Shown piece by piece: positions 1 through 13,000 of a stretch of 64,000 nt of DNA (its first letter is position 1; every line of letters begins with the position of its first letter). Position numbers and translations under genes: made by a program. The notes below the pieces were generated by a model. It was given only the letters and a program-made list of their open reading frames with translations, had not been told where the DNA came from and searched no databases. Source of the stretch: Thecamonas trahens ATCC 50062 (lineage: Eukaryota; Protista; Apusomonadida); NCBI RefSeq assembly GCF_000142905.1, contig NW_013657666.1:382631-446630 (forward strand). The letters are read 5' to 3'.

Positions 1-124
1 AAGGCGGATACGGATATTGTTGCTGTGAGTTGACCGAGTGGACGAGGGAGAGGGAGAGGGAGAGGGAGGGGGGGGGTATGGGGACAGTTGACAGGTGCGG
101 GAGAGAAGAAGGAAGGACACGTAC

Positions 125-365
125 ATGAGCAAGGGAGGGCATGGAAGGTGATGTCGAGGTTGATACGGAGCTTCTCCCCAAAGGACGAGTCAACATATAG
201 CTCTGCCCGTGTCTCGCCATGGAGGTAGAGGGCGAACTCGGAGACGAGGAGGAAGAAGATGAAGGAGCCTGCAATGACGGTGACGAGACCTCCAGAGAGT
301 GTCTTGACGCGAAAGTCCTCAAGCGTCTTGGGGTACGCATCAAAGGTCTTGAGTGCGTTGAACAT
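125..365 (-). CDS. ERGIC3: ERGIC3/Erv46 ER-Golgi intermediate compartment protein, first exon (gene runs off the window start)
   Basis: Not in the ORF track. Manual translation from ATG 365 gives MFNALKTFDAYPKTLEDFRVKTLSGGLVTVIAGSFIFFLLVSEFALYLHGETRAELYVDSSFGEKLRINLDITFHALPCS. This contains the diagnostic FDAYPK..EDF..KT.SGG, TM and INLDITF..LPC motifs. A GTACGT donor follows at 124. Confidence 0.9.
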
Positions 366-530
366 GGCCCTCCTCAATCCCTATCCTCTGGTTGGGGTGG
401 TGTGGTGCGAGAGAGAGCTGTTGCCCGTATCCAGCCGGCGCCCGACCAGCAAGTCGCCGATGGTGGCCGGTGGCCGGTGACTGGTGGCGGTCAGCTGAAG
501 GATGTGACGGAGTGGGAGTGAGGATGGTAG

Positions 531-749
531 GGTGATCGGGGTGATCGGGGTGAATAGGGTGATCGAGATCTGTGCGAGTGGAGGGGGAGAGGGGATGGGC
601 GAGTGGTGAATGGCGGCGGGAGGCTGCTGTCAGCCGGCGTGTGGGTGTGTGTCTGGTGGGGGGGGGGGTGAGGTGATCGGGGTGATCGGGGTGATTAGGG
701 TGATCGAGGTCTGTGCGAGTGGAGGGGGAGAGAGGATGGGCAAGTGGTG
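531..749. repeat. Imperfect ~78-bp direct repeat (531-608 and 672-749) built partly from GGTGATCGG 9-mers, in the divergent intergenic region
   Basis: GGTGATCGGGGTGATCGGGGTGA(A/T)TAGGGTGATCGAG(A/G)TCTGTGCGAGTGGAGGGGGAGAG... occurs twice, 141 bp apart. Confidence 0.85.
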
Positions 750-1020
750 GGCTAGTGGTGGACAGCGGTTGGTTGCCGGGTGGGTGGGCTTTGGCGCTGG
801 CTCCGGCACTGGCGCTGGCTCGATTGGCTGGTGTGAGTGGGTGGTGTAGTCGGGGCGTGACGGTGGCAGTGGCTGCGCGCCACCTGACTCTGGGCGACCT
901 TCCATTCCATGCCTGCGGGGGTATACGCTGTGACGTGTACGAAGTGCGGGAATAAGTAGAGGATGTGAAGGAGGTGCATACGAGGGGCGTGACTCATGGT
1001 GCAGGTGTGTGTGGGGGAAA

Positions 1021-1707
1021 ATGCCCATAGGCAAGTGCGGTGCTCTGTACGCCTCACCCGACACGCCCATGGCGTGCATCAGTTGCGGACAGGCGCGCAA
1101 GTCATACTCTGGCATGTCATCGACTGTGTATGCTGTGCTGGATGCGATGGCAAGTGATGATGGAGGCGTTGTCGATGCTGATGTGGTGTTGGATACTGCT
1201 GTGCTTGTCGATGTCGCCGAACTGTGGTCGCAAGGAAGAGTGGCCAGCGAGGCAAAGGCTCTTGCTGCTCGTGTTTGGTCCATGCTGGATGACCTCGTGA
1301 TGTCGACTGCGCCTGAAAAGCCTGCTTCATCGACGCCTGCTGAAGCTACCAGCCAGACTAGCGCAGGGGCAGGCGTAGAGGCAGGCGCAGAGGCTGGTGT
1401 TGAGCCTGCGAATGCAGGCAGCGAGCCCGAGACAGCAGGCGGTGGAGATGATGGAGCTGGGGACGAGCTACGGGCGTCGCTGGCAGCCATGGGGTACAGT
1501 GCAGCAGAAATTGCTTTTGCCATGGGCAAGGGCGCGCAGAATGTACGCCAGGCGATCTCGTTTCTCGACGAGCTTGCCACGCCAGCCACCATTGACATGA
1601 CCCAGCTTCGCAGCATGGGCTTTGAAGAATCCTCGATCAACGACGCCATCGCAGCATGCGGCAATGACCAGTCCGCCGTCATGGAGTGGTTGCTCGCACG
1701 TATGTAG
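1021..1707 (+). CDS. Tandem UBA-domain protein with an N-terminal Cys-rich (possible zinc ribbon) segment; start uncertain (ATG 1021, or ATG 996 via a frame break)
   Basis: C-terminal LAAMGYSAAEIAFAMGKGAQNVRQAISFL and LRSMGFEESSINDAIAACGNDQSAVMEWLL match the UBA pattern (MGF/Y...A....N...A..WL). The N-terminus reads KCGALY...CISCG. Confidence 0.75.
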   Translation: MPIGKCGALYASPDTPMACISCGQARKSYSGMSSTVYAVLDAMASDDGGVVDADVVLDTAVLVDVAELWSQGRVASEAKALAARVWSMLDDLVMSTAPEKPASSTPAEATSQTSAGAGVEAGAEAGVEPANAGSEPETAGGGDDGAGDELRASLAAMGYSAAEIAFAMGKGAQNVRQAISFLDELATPATIDMTQLRSMGFEESSINDAIAACGNDQSAVMEWLLARM

Positions 1708-2022
1708 CTATGCCAGACTGCCCTCTTCCGGTTGCTCCTCGCAGCTCGAGCTGCGGCAAAGTCTTCCCCTTTTGGGGTAGGTAGCAGATAGCCTCAACCC
1801 GACCCGATTCGTATGCTCGAACTGCGCAATCCATTACAAGCCCGCGCCTCACCTCTATCACTGCAATCTACTGTTAGTATCTGTTGTATATGGCTTTGTC
1901 CAAAGTACCAGACTGGTGAGGGCTAGAGCCATCGGGTGTGAGCGGCGGGCGACGGTCGAGAGTGTGTCAAGCACGCCTGTGCGCCTGTGCGACGGACACT
2001 CGACTTGTGACAGCAGACAGAG

Positions 2023-3995
2023 ATGGCGGACAACCCGTTTGACGATCCGTTTGCTGCCAGCGGAGGCGATGGAGACAATCCCTTTGCCTCTACCACACCA
2101 GCCTTTGAAGATGACAACCCGTTTGCCACACCTGCCCCTGTACGTCCACGATGACCATGATGATGATGATGATGATGATGATGACATGGCGGAGGAGGGG
2201 GGTGAGGGGACGGGGAGGGAAGGGGTCACACATGCGGCTTGGCCACCTTCACCGCCTCTGTCGTCCATTGTTTGCCCAGCACATGCTGATTTCCATCACA
2301 TGTACCTGATTGGGTGGTTGTATGTGGGGGGGTATGGGTATAGGTATGGGTATGGGTATCAGGTGGTGGGTTTGGTGGATGTGGTCCCCTCTCCCTCCCC
2401 TCCCCTTCCTCCCACTGGGCCCAGTGTCTGTGACTTGTGGGCGAGGGGAGGAAGGGGGGAGGGGGGGAGGGGGGAAGGGGGGCCTGCTTCCTACCTAAGA
2501 GCACCCCGNNNNNNNNNNNNNNNNNNNNNNNNNNNNNNNNNNNNNNNNNNNNNNNNNNNNNNNNNNNNNNNNNNNNNNNNNNNNNNNNNNNNNNNNNNNN
2601 NNNNNNNNNNNNNNNNNNNNNNNNNNNNNNNNNNNNNNNNNNNNNNNNNNNNNNNNNNNNNNNNNNNNNNNNNNNNNNNNNNNNNNNNNNNNNNNNNNNN
2701 NNNNNNNNNNNNNNNNNNNNNNNNNNNNNNNNNNNNNNNNNNNNNNNNNNNNNNNNNNNNNNNNNNNNNNNNNNNNNNNNNNNNNNNNNNNNNNNNNNNN
2801 NNNNNNNNNNNNNNNNNNNNNNNNNNNNNNNNNNNNNNNNNNNNNNNNNNNNNNNNNNNNNNNNNNNNNNNNNNNNNNNNNNNNNNNNNNNNNNNNNNNN
2901 NNNNNNNNNNNNNNNNNNNNNNNNNNNNNNNNNNNNNNNNNNNNNNNNNNNNNNNNNNNNNNNNNNNNNNNNNNNNNNNNNNNNNNNNNNNNNNNNNNNN
3001 NNNTCCCCTCCTACCCCCCCCCCCCCCCCCCCCCCCCCCGCGCGCAGATGCCCGTGTCGTCGGTCCCAGCCAAGAAGAAGAAGAAGAAGAAGAGTGCAGC
3101 GAGCGGATCAACGGGATCAGGGACAAAGTCGGGCTTTCGAGCTACCTCGACAGCGTCGTACACGCCCATCGAGACGTCGAGCAGGACTGCTGGAAACGGA
3201 GGCGATGACGATGGCGCGAGCATGTTCTCAAAGCCGGCCAATGCAGGATCGATGTTCTCAGGCGCGGCAAGCTCGCTGGACTATGGCGACAAGGTCGAGG
3301 CGCTTAACCGCCGCGAGGCAGAGCTTGAGGCCAAGCAGGTCCAGCTGGTGCAGAAGGAGGAGGAGCTGCAGCGGATGTTGGCCAAGATCCAGGGCATGCG
3401 CCCGGCCAACTGGCCGCGCTGCCGGCCCATCATCCATCACGACATCAAGGGTGAGATCCCGCGTGAGTTCCAGTCCACTGTCCGCCGTATGTACATGCTG
3501 TACTACTGGACGCTCCTCACGCTCACCTTTAACTTTGTGGTCCAGATCTGGGCCATGGTCGCCAAGGTCGGCGACATTGTCGGCTTCTTCCTCGCCCTCG
3601 CTTACATGCTCTTTGCTCCGTTTCTTGCGCTCGGCTTTTGGTACGTCCCGCAGTACGCGGCCATGCGCGTCGGCAAGGCCTCCAAGTTTGTGTCGTTCTT
3701 CATGGGCTTCATCATCCACATCCTCTTTATCGCCCTCCTCCTCGTCGGCATCACCAAGGTTGGCGGTGCAGGCATCGTTACCGCCGTCCGCCTCTCACAG
3801 GCTGGCTATCACCTCGGCACCACCCTCTGCGTCGTCAACATCTTCTTCCTCCTCATCCTCCTCATTTGCTCCATCGCCATGATCCGCGTCGTGCACTCGA
3901 TTTACCGTGGCCGCGGCGGCGACCTCTCCCGCGATTCGCGCGCGCTCCTGCAGGAGTCTGCTGCCCAGGGTGCCGTCTTTGCGGCAAAGGCCTAG
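2023..3995 (+). CDS. SCAMP: Secretory carrier-associated membrane protein, join(2023..2139,3048..3995); the intron spans an N-gap that could hide more exons
   Basis: Exon 1 MADNPFDDPFAASGGDGDNPFASTTPAFEDDNPFATPAP has three NPF motifs and ends at a GTACGT donor (2140, phase 0). A CAG acceptor ends at 3047. Exon 2 has a coiled coil, NWPRCRPIIHHDIKGEIP, a WYVPQYAAMR E-peptide-like motif and four TM helices. Confidence 0.9.
2509..3003. other. Assembly gap (N run)
   Basis: Ns, flanked by G/C homopolymer tracts. Confidence 1.
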
Positions 3996-4008
3996 CTTTC
4001 TTCTTTTA

Positions 4009-7000
4009 CTAAACGCCACGGCTCACCTGCTGAAGGATTGCCAGCACCTGCTCCCGCGCAGCGTCATCCATGATCCCGCTCCGCCTCGCAAACGCCTCGT
4101 GTGCAGCTGCCAGTGACGCCTCCTGCTCCGTCAGTGCCGCCAGCTCGCCGGTCACCTCACCGGCGAGTGTGGACGCCTCACTTGCCCACGCACGCGCTCC
4201 TTCGCTCACCGCCAGCCGAGCTGTGGCCGCATGGATCGCCTCCAGCCGTGCCACAAGCACGTCAACCAGTCCGCCCGCGCGCTGCCTGTGCTCCAGCTCG
4301 GCGAGCTGCTCCAGCAAGCCCTCGCGCTCGTCGACCAAAGCCGCCATCTCCATCTGCGCCTCTGCCAGCGCTGCGGCAGCCTCACTGCTCGACGCGAGCA
4401 CGTGTGTCGTTGACGGCGCCAACAGCTTGGCCTCGGCCGCCTCCTTGGCGTCGAGCGCATCTTCAAGTCTGAGCGAGAGCGCGTGCGCCATCCGCTTGAG
4501 AGCGCCAGAGTCGTCAGCCACCTCGGCTGCGAGCTCGTCGTTGCGAGCCTTAAGCCGTGCGTTGTCAGCGATCATGACCTCCACTCGGCTGTTGAGCCCA
4601 TGCAATGCAGATGTGAGCCGCACTGCCTTGGCGGCTTCGGCCTTGGCCTCAGCGCGCGCATCGGCCAGCGCCCGGGTCAGCACCGCTACCATTCGCTTTA
4701 GCTCGGCGTCGGTCGAGAGCGACTGCGCAAGCATAGCGTTCTCTGACTTTTGCGTGTTGACCACCTCGCGAAGCTCTCCGACTTCGGCTTCCAGCTCGCT
4801 GATGTGCGCCTTGAGCACTTCGTCGGCCAGGTCGCCGTTGTCATGAGCCGCGCTTGCACTGCGGTCGGCGAGCATGGTTTCGAGCTGCTGGATTCGCTGT
4901 GCCGCCGCTGCCGCGCGCTTAGCCTCCAGTGCCCGCTCGTGCTCGGCAGCCTCCTGTGCTGTAGCCAGCACTCGTTTGGCCTTGTCTTCGCCCTCGACAG
5001 CGCTTCGCGCCTCGTCTTCGAGCTTTGCAAGCCGTTCAAGCAGTGACTGCACCTTGGCTGTCAAACTTGTGATCTGCGCCTCGCGCTCGGCCACAGACTC
5101 GCGCAGAGCCACCTCGGCCTCGGCCCATCGCTTCTTGCATGCCTCTGCCCCGTCTGAGAGCTCCTGCGCCGCTGCCACTGCTGACTCGGCCTCTCCGGCG
5201 CGCTTTTCAGCAGCTAAGGCACGCTCCTCAAAGCGCGCCAGCTGTTCAGACAGCGTCTGGTCTACAGCCTGCGTCGCTTCGGCACTGGCCTTGGCCGCGA
5301 TGGCCTCTGCAGTAGCCTGCTTAGCCTGGGTCTCAGCATCAGCCGTTGCCTGCTTGGCCTCGGCTGCCTCAGCCATCGTCCGCTTCACCTCGGCTTCGGC
5401 CTGCTCGGCCCGAGCGTCAGACTGCTTGGCGCGCGTCTCAGCATCAGCCGCTGCCTGCTTGGCCTCCGCTGCCTCAGCCATCGTCCGCTTCACCTCGGCT
5501 TCGGCCTGCTCGGCCCGAGCGTCAGACTGCTTGGCGCGCATCTCAGCACCAGCCGCTGCCTGCTTGGCCTCGGCTGCCTCAGCCACCGCCCGCTTCACCT
5601 CGGCTTCGGCCTGCTCGGCCCGAGCGTCAGACTGCTTGGCGCGCGTCTCAGCATCAGCCGCTGCCTGCTTGGCCTCGGCTGCCTCAGCCACCGCCCGCTT
5701 CACCTCGGCTTCGGCCTGCTTGGCCCGAGCGTCAGCATCGGCAATCTTGCGCTGTGCCTCGGCTGCCATCTGCTCCGTTTCGTGCTTCGCTTCAACCACC
5801 TTGCGCTGTGCAGCAGCGACCTTGGTATCGGCGTCAGCCTTCACCTCGGAAGCCTCGGCTCGGGCCGCGTCAGCATCAGCTTGTGCTTGCTTGGCCAAGA
5901 CCTTGGCCTTGACGGCCTCGCGCCGCGCTCCGGCCACTTGGTCCTCGGCCTGGTTATCGGCGCTTGCTACAGCTCGCTTGGCCTCGATGGCCTCGCGATG
6001 TGCTTCGGCCACCTGCTCCTCGGCATCGCGCTTGGCGACCTTGGCCGCAGCCTTGGCCTTCTCGGCCTCGGCCTTTGCTTCTTCGGCTTCCGCCTCGGCT
6101 TGCCTTGCCTGAATTCCGGCCTTGGCCACCGCGCGCTGCGCCTCCGCAACCTTGGAGTCGCGCTCGGTCTCGGCCTCCACCACTGCCCGTTTCGCCTCGA
6201 CAACCTCACGCCGTGCGGCAGCAACAGCCTCTTCAGCTGCCTGCCGTGCGCCCTCGGCCTCAGCCTTGATCTTCTCGGCATCATCCTTGGCCTTCTCGGC
6301 ATCAGCCCTGGCGTCAGCTGCCTCGGCCTGAGCCTGCTTCGCTTTCAGTCCGGCCTTGGTGATCTCGCGCTGCGCTTCGGCCTCGGCCACCTCGCGCATT
6401 GTTTCGACCTCAGTCAGTGCGCGCCTGGCCTCGCTAGCCTCGCGTCGCGCCTCAGTCACCTGCGTCTCTGCAGTCACTCGGGCCTCGGCTGCCTCGGCTT
6501 CGGCCTGCTTGGCATGCGCTTGCGCCTTGCTTGCCTCGCGCTGCGCAGCTGAGACTTGCGCCTCGCGCTCCATGTGAGCATCGGCAACAGCTTGCTTGGT
6601 CTCAGCAACCTCGCGCTGCAGTGCGGCAATCCGTGCATTTGCCTCGCGGCCAGCAGCCGTCGCATTCGCCTTGACCTGCTCAGCCTCAGCTTCGGCCTGT
6701 TGCAGCAATGCCAGTGCGTTCTCTGCCTCGCGCCTTGCGGCGGCCATCTCTGCCTCGCGCTCAGCTTCCGATTCAGCTGCTGATCGCTTGGCTTCGATAA
6801 CCTCACGCTTCGCCTCTGCAAGCAGAGTCTCAGCTTGCTCGACTTCATGTCGGGCCTTTGCCGCCGCGGCCTCAGCCTGCTGGACGCGCGCGCTTGCCTT
6901 GCTAGCTGTGCTTTCGCGTTCGGCAGCGGCCAGCTCCGCCATCCGCCGCGCCTCGTCAAGACCCGCTAGAGCCATCTCAGCTTCGGCCTCCGCTTGCTTA

Positions 7001-10000
7001 GCTCGGGTGTCGGCCTTGGCCGCCTCGCGCTGCGCCGCAGCAACGTGTTCTTCACGGACCTCGGCTTCGGCCACAGCTCGCTTCGCCTCTCGCCGTGTGC
7101 TCTCGGCATCCGCTCTGGCATTCTCAGCCTCTTTGCGCGCAGCCTTCGCCTCATCAGAGCTGCGTGCGGCCGCAGCCAGCGCTTCGGCAACGCGATCGCT
7201 GGCCGAAGCGACCGCGCGCTCAGCATCCGCCATTGCGCGCTCGGTCTCATGCTTCGCTTCATCACGCTCAAGCATAGCCTGCTTGGCGGCTGCTGCCGCC
7301 TTGGCGGCCTCCCGCTGCGCCGCGGCAGACTGTTCCTCCGCCTCCTGCTGAGCCTCTGACACAGCACGCTTTGCCTCGCGCACGGCTGCCTCGGCATCGG
7401 CCTGTGCAGCCTTCAGCGCCTCGCGGCTTGCAATTGCCTCCTGCCGTGCCTCCGCAGCATCGACATCGGCCTGCTGCGCCCGCGTTCGCGCCTTGGCGCT
7501 TTCCCGCTGAGCCTCGGCAATCTGCTCTTCGGCAAGCACCTCAGCTGCAGTCACACTCCGCTTTGCCTCGCGTTGGATCTGCTCAACCTCAGCGAAAGCA
7601 AGTTCGGCACTGTTCTTGGCCTCTTGCGCCTCACTTCTAGCTGCCGCCGCCTCTGATCTGGCCTCAGCCAACATGCGCTCCGCATCAGCCACGGCAGCTG
7701 CTCGCGCGTCTTGCGCCACTGCAGCAGCAGCACGGGCAGCAGCCACTTCGGCCTTGCTCTCCTCAAGCACTCGCGCGACCTCGGCCCTTGCTTCGGCAGC
7801 CTGAGCTCGTGCTTGCTCAGCCTGGGCGGCAGCCTTGCCTGCCGCACGCTCAGCCTCGGCAGCCCGGTCGTCGGCCTCATCCATCGCCTGTCGCGCAGTC
7901 CGTTCAGCCTTGCTAGCCTCTCGCTTGAGACCTTCGATTTCGGCAATGGTAGCGTCCAGCTCGGCACGCGTGCTCTTGGCATCTGCGACAGCCGCAGCTG
8001 CCTTGCACTTGGCCTCCTCGATCGTGCGCTCCACACGTGCCTGGTCATCAGTCATCGCTTGCTGCGCCACCTGCTTTGCCTCGGTCAGCTCGACCTGCAA
8101 CTCGGCTAGCTCAGCTTTGCTCTGCTGCAGTCGGCTCTCGGCCTTGAACGCCTTGCGCTCAACCGCAGCAACTTGCTCCAGCGCGCGCTCCTCGGCATCG
8201 CGCAGCGCCCGCTCGACCTCGCGTCTCGCCTGAACTTCTTCCGCCAGCTTTCGCTCCGCTTCTAACAGCTGTGCCTCAATCGTCGACACTCGTCGCTCAG
8301 CCTCGCGCTGAGCAGCCTCAGCCGCAGTTGAAGCCGCACGCAGTGAAGCATCAAACTCGTTCCTCGCAGCTGTCAGCGCACGCTCATGGGCAGCGCTGGC
8401 AGCGACTTCCTGATCAGTCAATGCTTTCACCAGGGCAGCCGCATCTTGAGCCTCGCTGCGTGCCGTGGCCAGTGCCGCCTCGGCTTGCTCTGCCCGCGCC
8501 ACCGCATTTTCGGCCCGCTGCTCTGCCTCTTCGACAGCGAGTCGTGCCAGCCGCGCTTCCGACACAGCCTTGGCAGCTGCAGCTGCGTGTTCCGTGCTCT
8601 CTTTCTCCGCATCGGCCACAGCCTGCTTGGCGTAGCGACGAGCTGCATCCAGCAGCACTTCGGCCTCTTCAGCTCGCGCAATAGCAGCGCTAGCCCTGTT
8701 CTTTGCATCTGCCACCGCATCACTCGCAGTGCTCTCTGCAGCAGCCGCAGCACGCTGTGCAGCCGCAGCCGTCAGCTCGGCCTCGACGCTTGCTGCCTTG
8801 GCATCTGCTGCGCTGCGTTCGGCAGCTTCCAGCCGAGCACGCATTCGCTCCACGTCAGCCTCAGCCTCCGTCACCTTGCGCAACACCGCACTCTGCGCCT
8901 CAGCAATCCGCTTGTCAGCACGCGTCTCTGCATCAGACACCTTGCGCTCAGCATCGGCGGTAACATCTTGCACTCGGGCATTAGCTAGACCGGCCTTGGT
9001 TGCAATCTCAGCCTCAGCATCGGCCACAAGCCGTTGCGCTCGCTCGCGAACCTTGTTCGCCTCAGCCTCAGCAGCCTCGACCATCTTGAGTGCTCGCACT
9101 TCAGCCGCACTTGCTGCACGCTCTGCTTCCTCGCATGCACGCCGAGCTTCGCGCAGCTGCGCTCGCAATTCGGCAGAGGCGCCTGCTGCAGCAGCCTCGC
9201 ACTCTGCCACCTTTCGCTGCGCCTCGCGCGATGTGTCGACAGCATCGTCCCGCGCATTCTTAGCTGCTGCAGCTGCCTCCACAGCCTTTTGCTCAGCAGC
9301 AGCAATCGCTTCTGCGGCGCGAGCAGCGCTTTCTGCTAATGCATCTTCCGCCTCCTTGGTTGCTGCCGCGGCAGCCTTGGCTTCATCCATTGCCATATCA
9401 CGCTGGGCGCGGACAACTCCAGCCTCGCGCACCGCCTCGGCGATCCGAGCCTCGGCCTGCCGCTCCGCTGCCTCTGCAGCCTCACGTGCCTCAACTGCTG
9501 CAACTTCGGCCTTGGCTGCCTTTTGTGCAGCCTGCATCTCGGCTTGTGTGGCCCTCTTGGCCGCTGCCCGAGCCTCGTCAACCTCGGTCCGCATCTCCGC
9601 AAGGCGGCGTTCAACCTCAGCAACCCGCGCCGACGCCGCCTGTTTCATCTTTTCGGCAGCCGCCACAGCAGCACTCGCCTCGGCCTCGGCTTGGGCAATT
9701 TTGCGGTCACTAACCGCCTTCGCATCCGCCACAGCCCGCGCACTCGCTCGACGCGATTCATCTGCTGCAGTTTCGGCCGCCGCAGCCGCGCGTTCCGCGT
9801 TTTTGACCTTTGCCCGCGCCTGTTCGGCTTCTGCCTGATACTTCTCGGCCTCGGCCTCAGCCGTGGCTGCATTATGACGCGCCTTTTCTGCTGCGCCATG
9901 TGCGTCCGCAACAGCCGCCATCGCCTTGGCCACCTCGCGTTCCGCCATGGTCTCAGCTTGCGTTGCTGCACGTCTCGCAGCTTCAGCCTTTGCCTCGGCG

Positions 10001-13000
10001 TCGTCGCGCTCACGTTTGGCATTGTCAGCCGCGTCAAATGCACTTGTTGCGGCAGCCTGCGCCTTACGGGCCTCTTCACGAGCCAGCTGAGCCTCGCCCT
10101 CGGCAGTTGCCACATCAAGAGCGGCGTCGGCCAAGGTGCGCTTCAGCTTGAACGTCGCCTCATCGGCAGCTGCCACGGCCTCTTGCACCTGCAGCCAAGG
10201 TCAGAAACCTCACGCTGCGCAGCCTCGAGCTCGGAGTTGGCCTTGCTCGCCTCCTCGCGGGCCGAGTTGGCGGCTGCCTGTGCGCGTTTTGCCTCGATCT
10301 CGGCCTTCAGCCGCGCGTCTTCAGCAGCCGCCACTTCAGTGCGCGCTGTCTGCCGCACATGCCGAGCCTCGTCCTCCATCTTGGCCCGCTCTGTGTTGGC
10401 AACTTCTGCAGCCTTCACCGCGGCCTCTGCATCTGCGCGCGCCTTCTCAGCCGCCGCTTCAGCCCACTCGCGCTCGCGAATCGCAGCTGCAGTAGCTTCC
10501 GCAGCACGAGTGCATGCACTCTGCGCAGCAGCCAGCTTCTCCTGAAGCTCACCAGCCACTCGTTCCGCACCCAATTCGGCAAGATGCAGTGAGGTGTCCA
10601 TCTCTTGCCGCGCCTCCTCTTGCACAGCCGACACGCGCCGCTTGGCAAGCGCAGCCTCGTTCTCGGCTTCACTCGCCCGCGAGAGTGCACCCTCGGCCAC
10701 AAGGCCTGCTTCATCACAAGCAGCTTCCGCAGCCTCAGCTCGCCGCAGGGCTCGCGCCATCTCGCGCTCAGCCTCCTCGCACTTGGCTGCCGCCACATCG
10801 GCAGCTGCCTTGGCCTTGCTTGCATCAGCCTTGCTCTGCGCCATCGCAGCCCTCGCCGCCTCAGCCTCTTCCTGCGCCATCACCATCGCACGCTCCGCCC
10901 GACACGCAGCATCAACAGCATCGGAGCGCTCTTGCTCTGCCGCGCGTTGCGCATTGATAGCCATGTCGCGATCGTTCTCAGCTTGCTTGCGGCGGCTAGC
11001 GGCTTCGACAGCAGCCTGCTCAGCAGTCTCTGCGCGCCGCTCGGCAGCATCTGCTGCCCGCTGCGCCGCCACGAGGTCGACCTCGACCGAGTTTGAATCG
11101 CGTGCCGATGCGAGCGCCGCCCGCTGCCCGGCTTCCGCAGTCTCAGCACGGACAATCGCAGCCTGCTCACTTGCAGTCAACTCGACCAGCTGCTGACTGG
11201 CCGTGGCCGATGCTGCCATGGCCGCATCCGCCTTTCGGCGCATCTCCTCAACCACAGCCTCCGCATTCTCGGTAGCTATTGTCGCCTTGGCCTCCGCTTC
11301 GCGGGCCTTTCGCTCTGCCTCCAGCCGCGCTTCATCAGAAGCAGCAGCTTGTGCCTCTGCGATGTCGGCACGGACGCTGGCCTTCTCCGCCGCCCTTCGC
11401 TCTTTGTCTGCCGCTGCTTGATTCGCTTCTGCCGCCTCGATAGCAACATGCATCTTCCGCAGCGCATCCTGACGCGCCAACAGAGCGTCGGCCGCAGCTG
11501 CCTCTGCCGTATCAGCCTGTGCAACTGCTCTCGCAGCCTCATTCTTTGCCGTCTTGGCATCGACTTCTGCCGTCTCGGCCCGCTCTTCGGCCGAACGGGC
11601 TGCTGCCATGGCAGCATCGCGCTGCGCTTCTGCTGCTGCACGCTGTGTCTCGGCTTCATCTGCACGACGACTGGCTTCAGCACTGCTCCGCATCGCCTTC
11701 TCCGCCTTGATTAGTTGAGAGTCTGCCTCGGCTAGTGCGTCTCGGAGCTCTTCGACCGCGTTGCTGGCTAGCGACTCGGCCTCGGCCACCCGCGCCTCGG
11801 CCACCGCTGCCCTCCGCTCTGCAGCCTCGCACGCCACTTCGGCGTGACTCGCTCGCTTCGCCGACTCCCGTGCCTGGCTCATTGCCTCGGCCTTACTGGC
11901 TTCTGCAGCCTCCACAGCAGCAGCCGCATTGGTAACTGCGGCCTTGCGCTTAGCCACAGCGCTGTCAGCGAGCGTCTCGGCCTCGGCTGCGCGGGCTTCT
12001 GCCACTTCTGCCCGTCGCTCTGCTGCTTCACGCGCAGCCTCTGCGACCTCGGCCCTCTGTGTCGCCGCCAGTAGCTCCTCGGCACTTGCGCCGACCGAGC
12101 TCGCCATCCCCTCAGCCTGCGCCACCGCGCGGTCGCGCTCGTCACACGCACGCGCCGCCACGGCTTCGGCCTCGGCCGCCCGGCGCGTAGCTTCGGCAAC
12201 AGCACGTTGCGCGGCATCAGCCGTCTCCAAAGCAGTGCTGGTCTCTTTTCGGGCCTGCTTGTGCTTGGCCATCGCATTCGCAGCCGTAGCTTCGGCATCA
12301 GCGGCCCGGGCCTCGGCGGCAGCTGCCCGCCGCTCGGCAGCGTCACGGGCAACATCCAAGTCGTCAGCCCGGCGACTAGCGGTCCTAGCACTCGCCGCCG
12401 CGAGCGCCTCGGCTTCACGAGCATCACGTGCCGCTCGAACCGCGCTCTCACGCTCGTTCCATGCTTCTATCCGAGCTGACTCGGCCTCTGCCGCACGTCG
12501 TGTTGCATCACTTGCGGCGCGCTCAGCCCGTTCGGCCGCCGCGGTGGCATGAGCAGCCTCAGCCGTCGCTGCCCTCCGCTTGGCCACAGCGTCATCTGCG
12601 AGTGCCTCAGCCTCGGCTGCGCGGGCTTCTGCCACTTCTGCCCGTCGCTCTGCTGCTTCACGCGCAGCCTCTGCGACCTCGGCCCTCTGTGTCGCCGCCA
12701 GTAGCTCCTCGGCACTTGCGCCGACCGAGCTCGCCATTCCCTCAGCCTGCGCCACCGCGCGGTCGCGCTCGTCACACGCACGCGCCGCCACGGCTTCGGC
12801 CTCGGCCGCCCGGCGCGTAGCTTCGGCAACAGCACGTTGCGCGGCATCAGCCGTCTCCAAAGCAGTGCTGGTCTCTTTTCGGGCCTGCTTGTGCTTGGCC
12901 ATCGCATTCGCAGCCGTAGCTTCGGCATCAGCGGCCCGGGCCTCGGCAGCAGCAGCCTGCCGCTCGACAGCCTTGGCACGAACAGTCGCTTCACCACAAG

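Noticed and set aside
1916-3882. ORFs running through N-gaps (1916-3208, 2437-3882, and similarly 55585-57033)
   Set aside because: These are artefacts of translating Ns. The real exons were identified separately.
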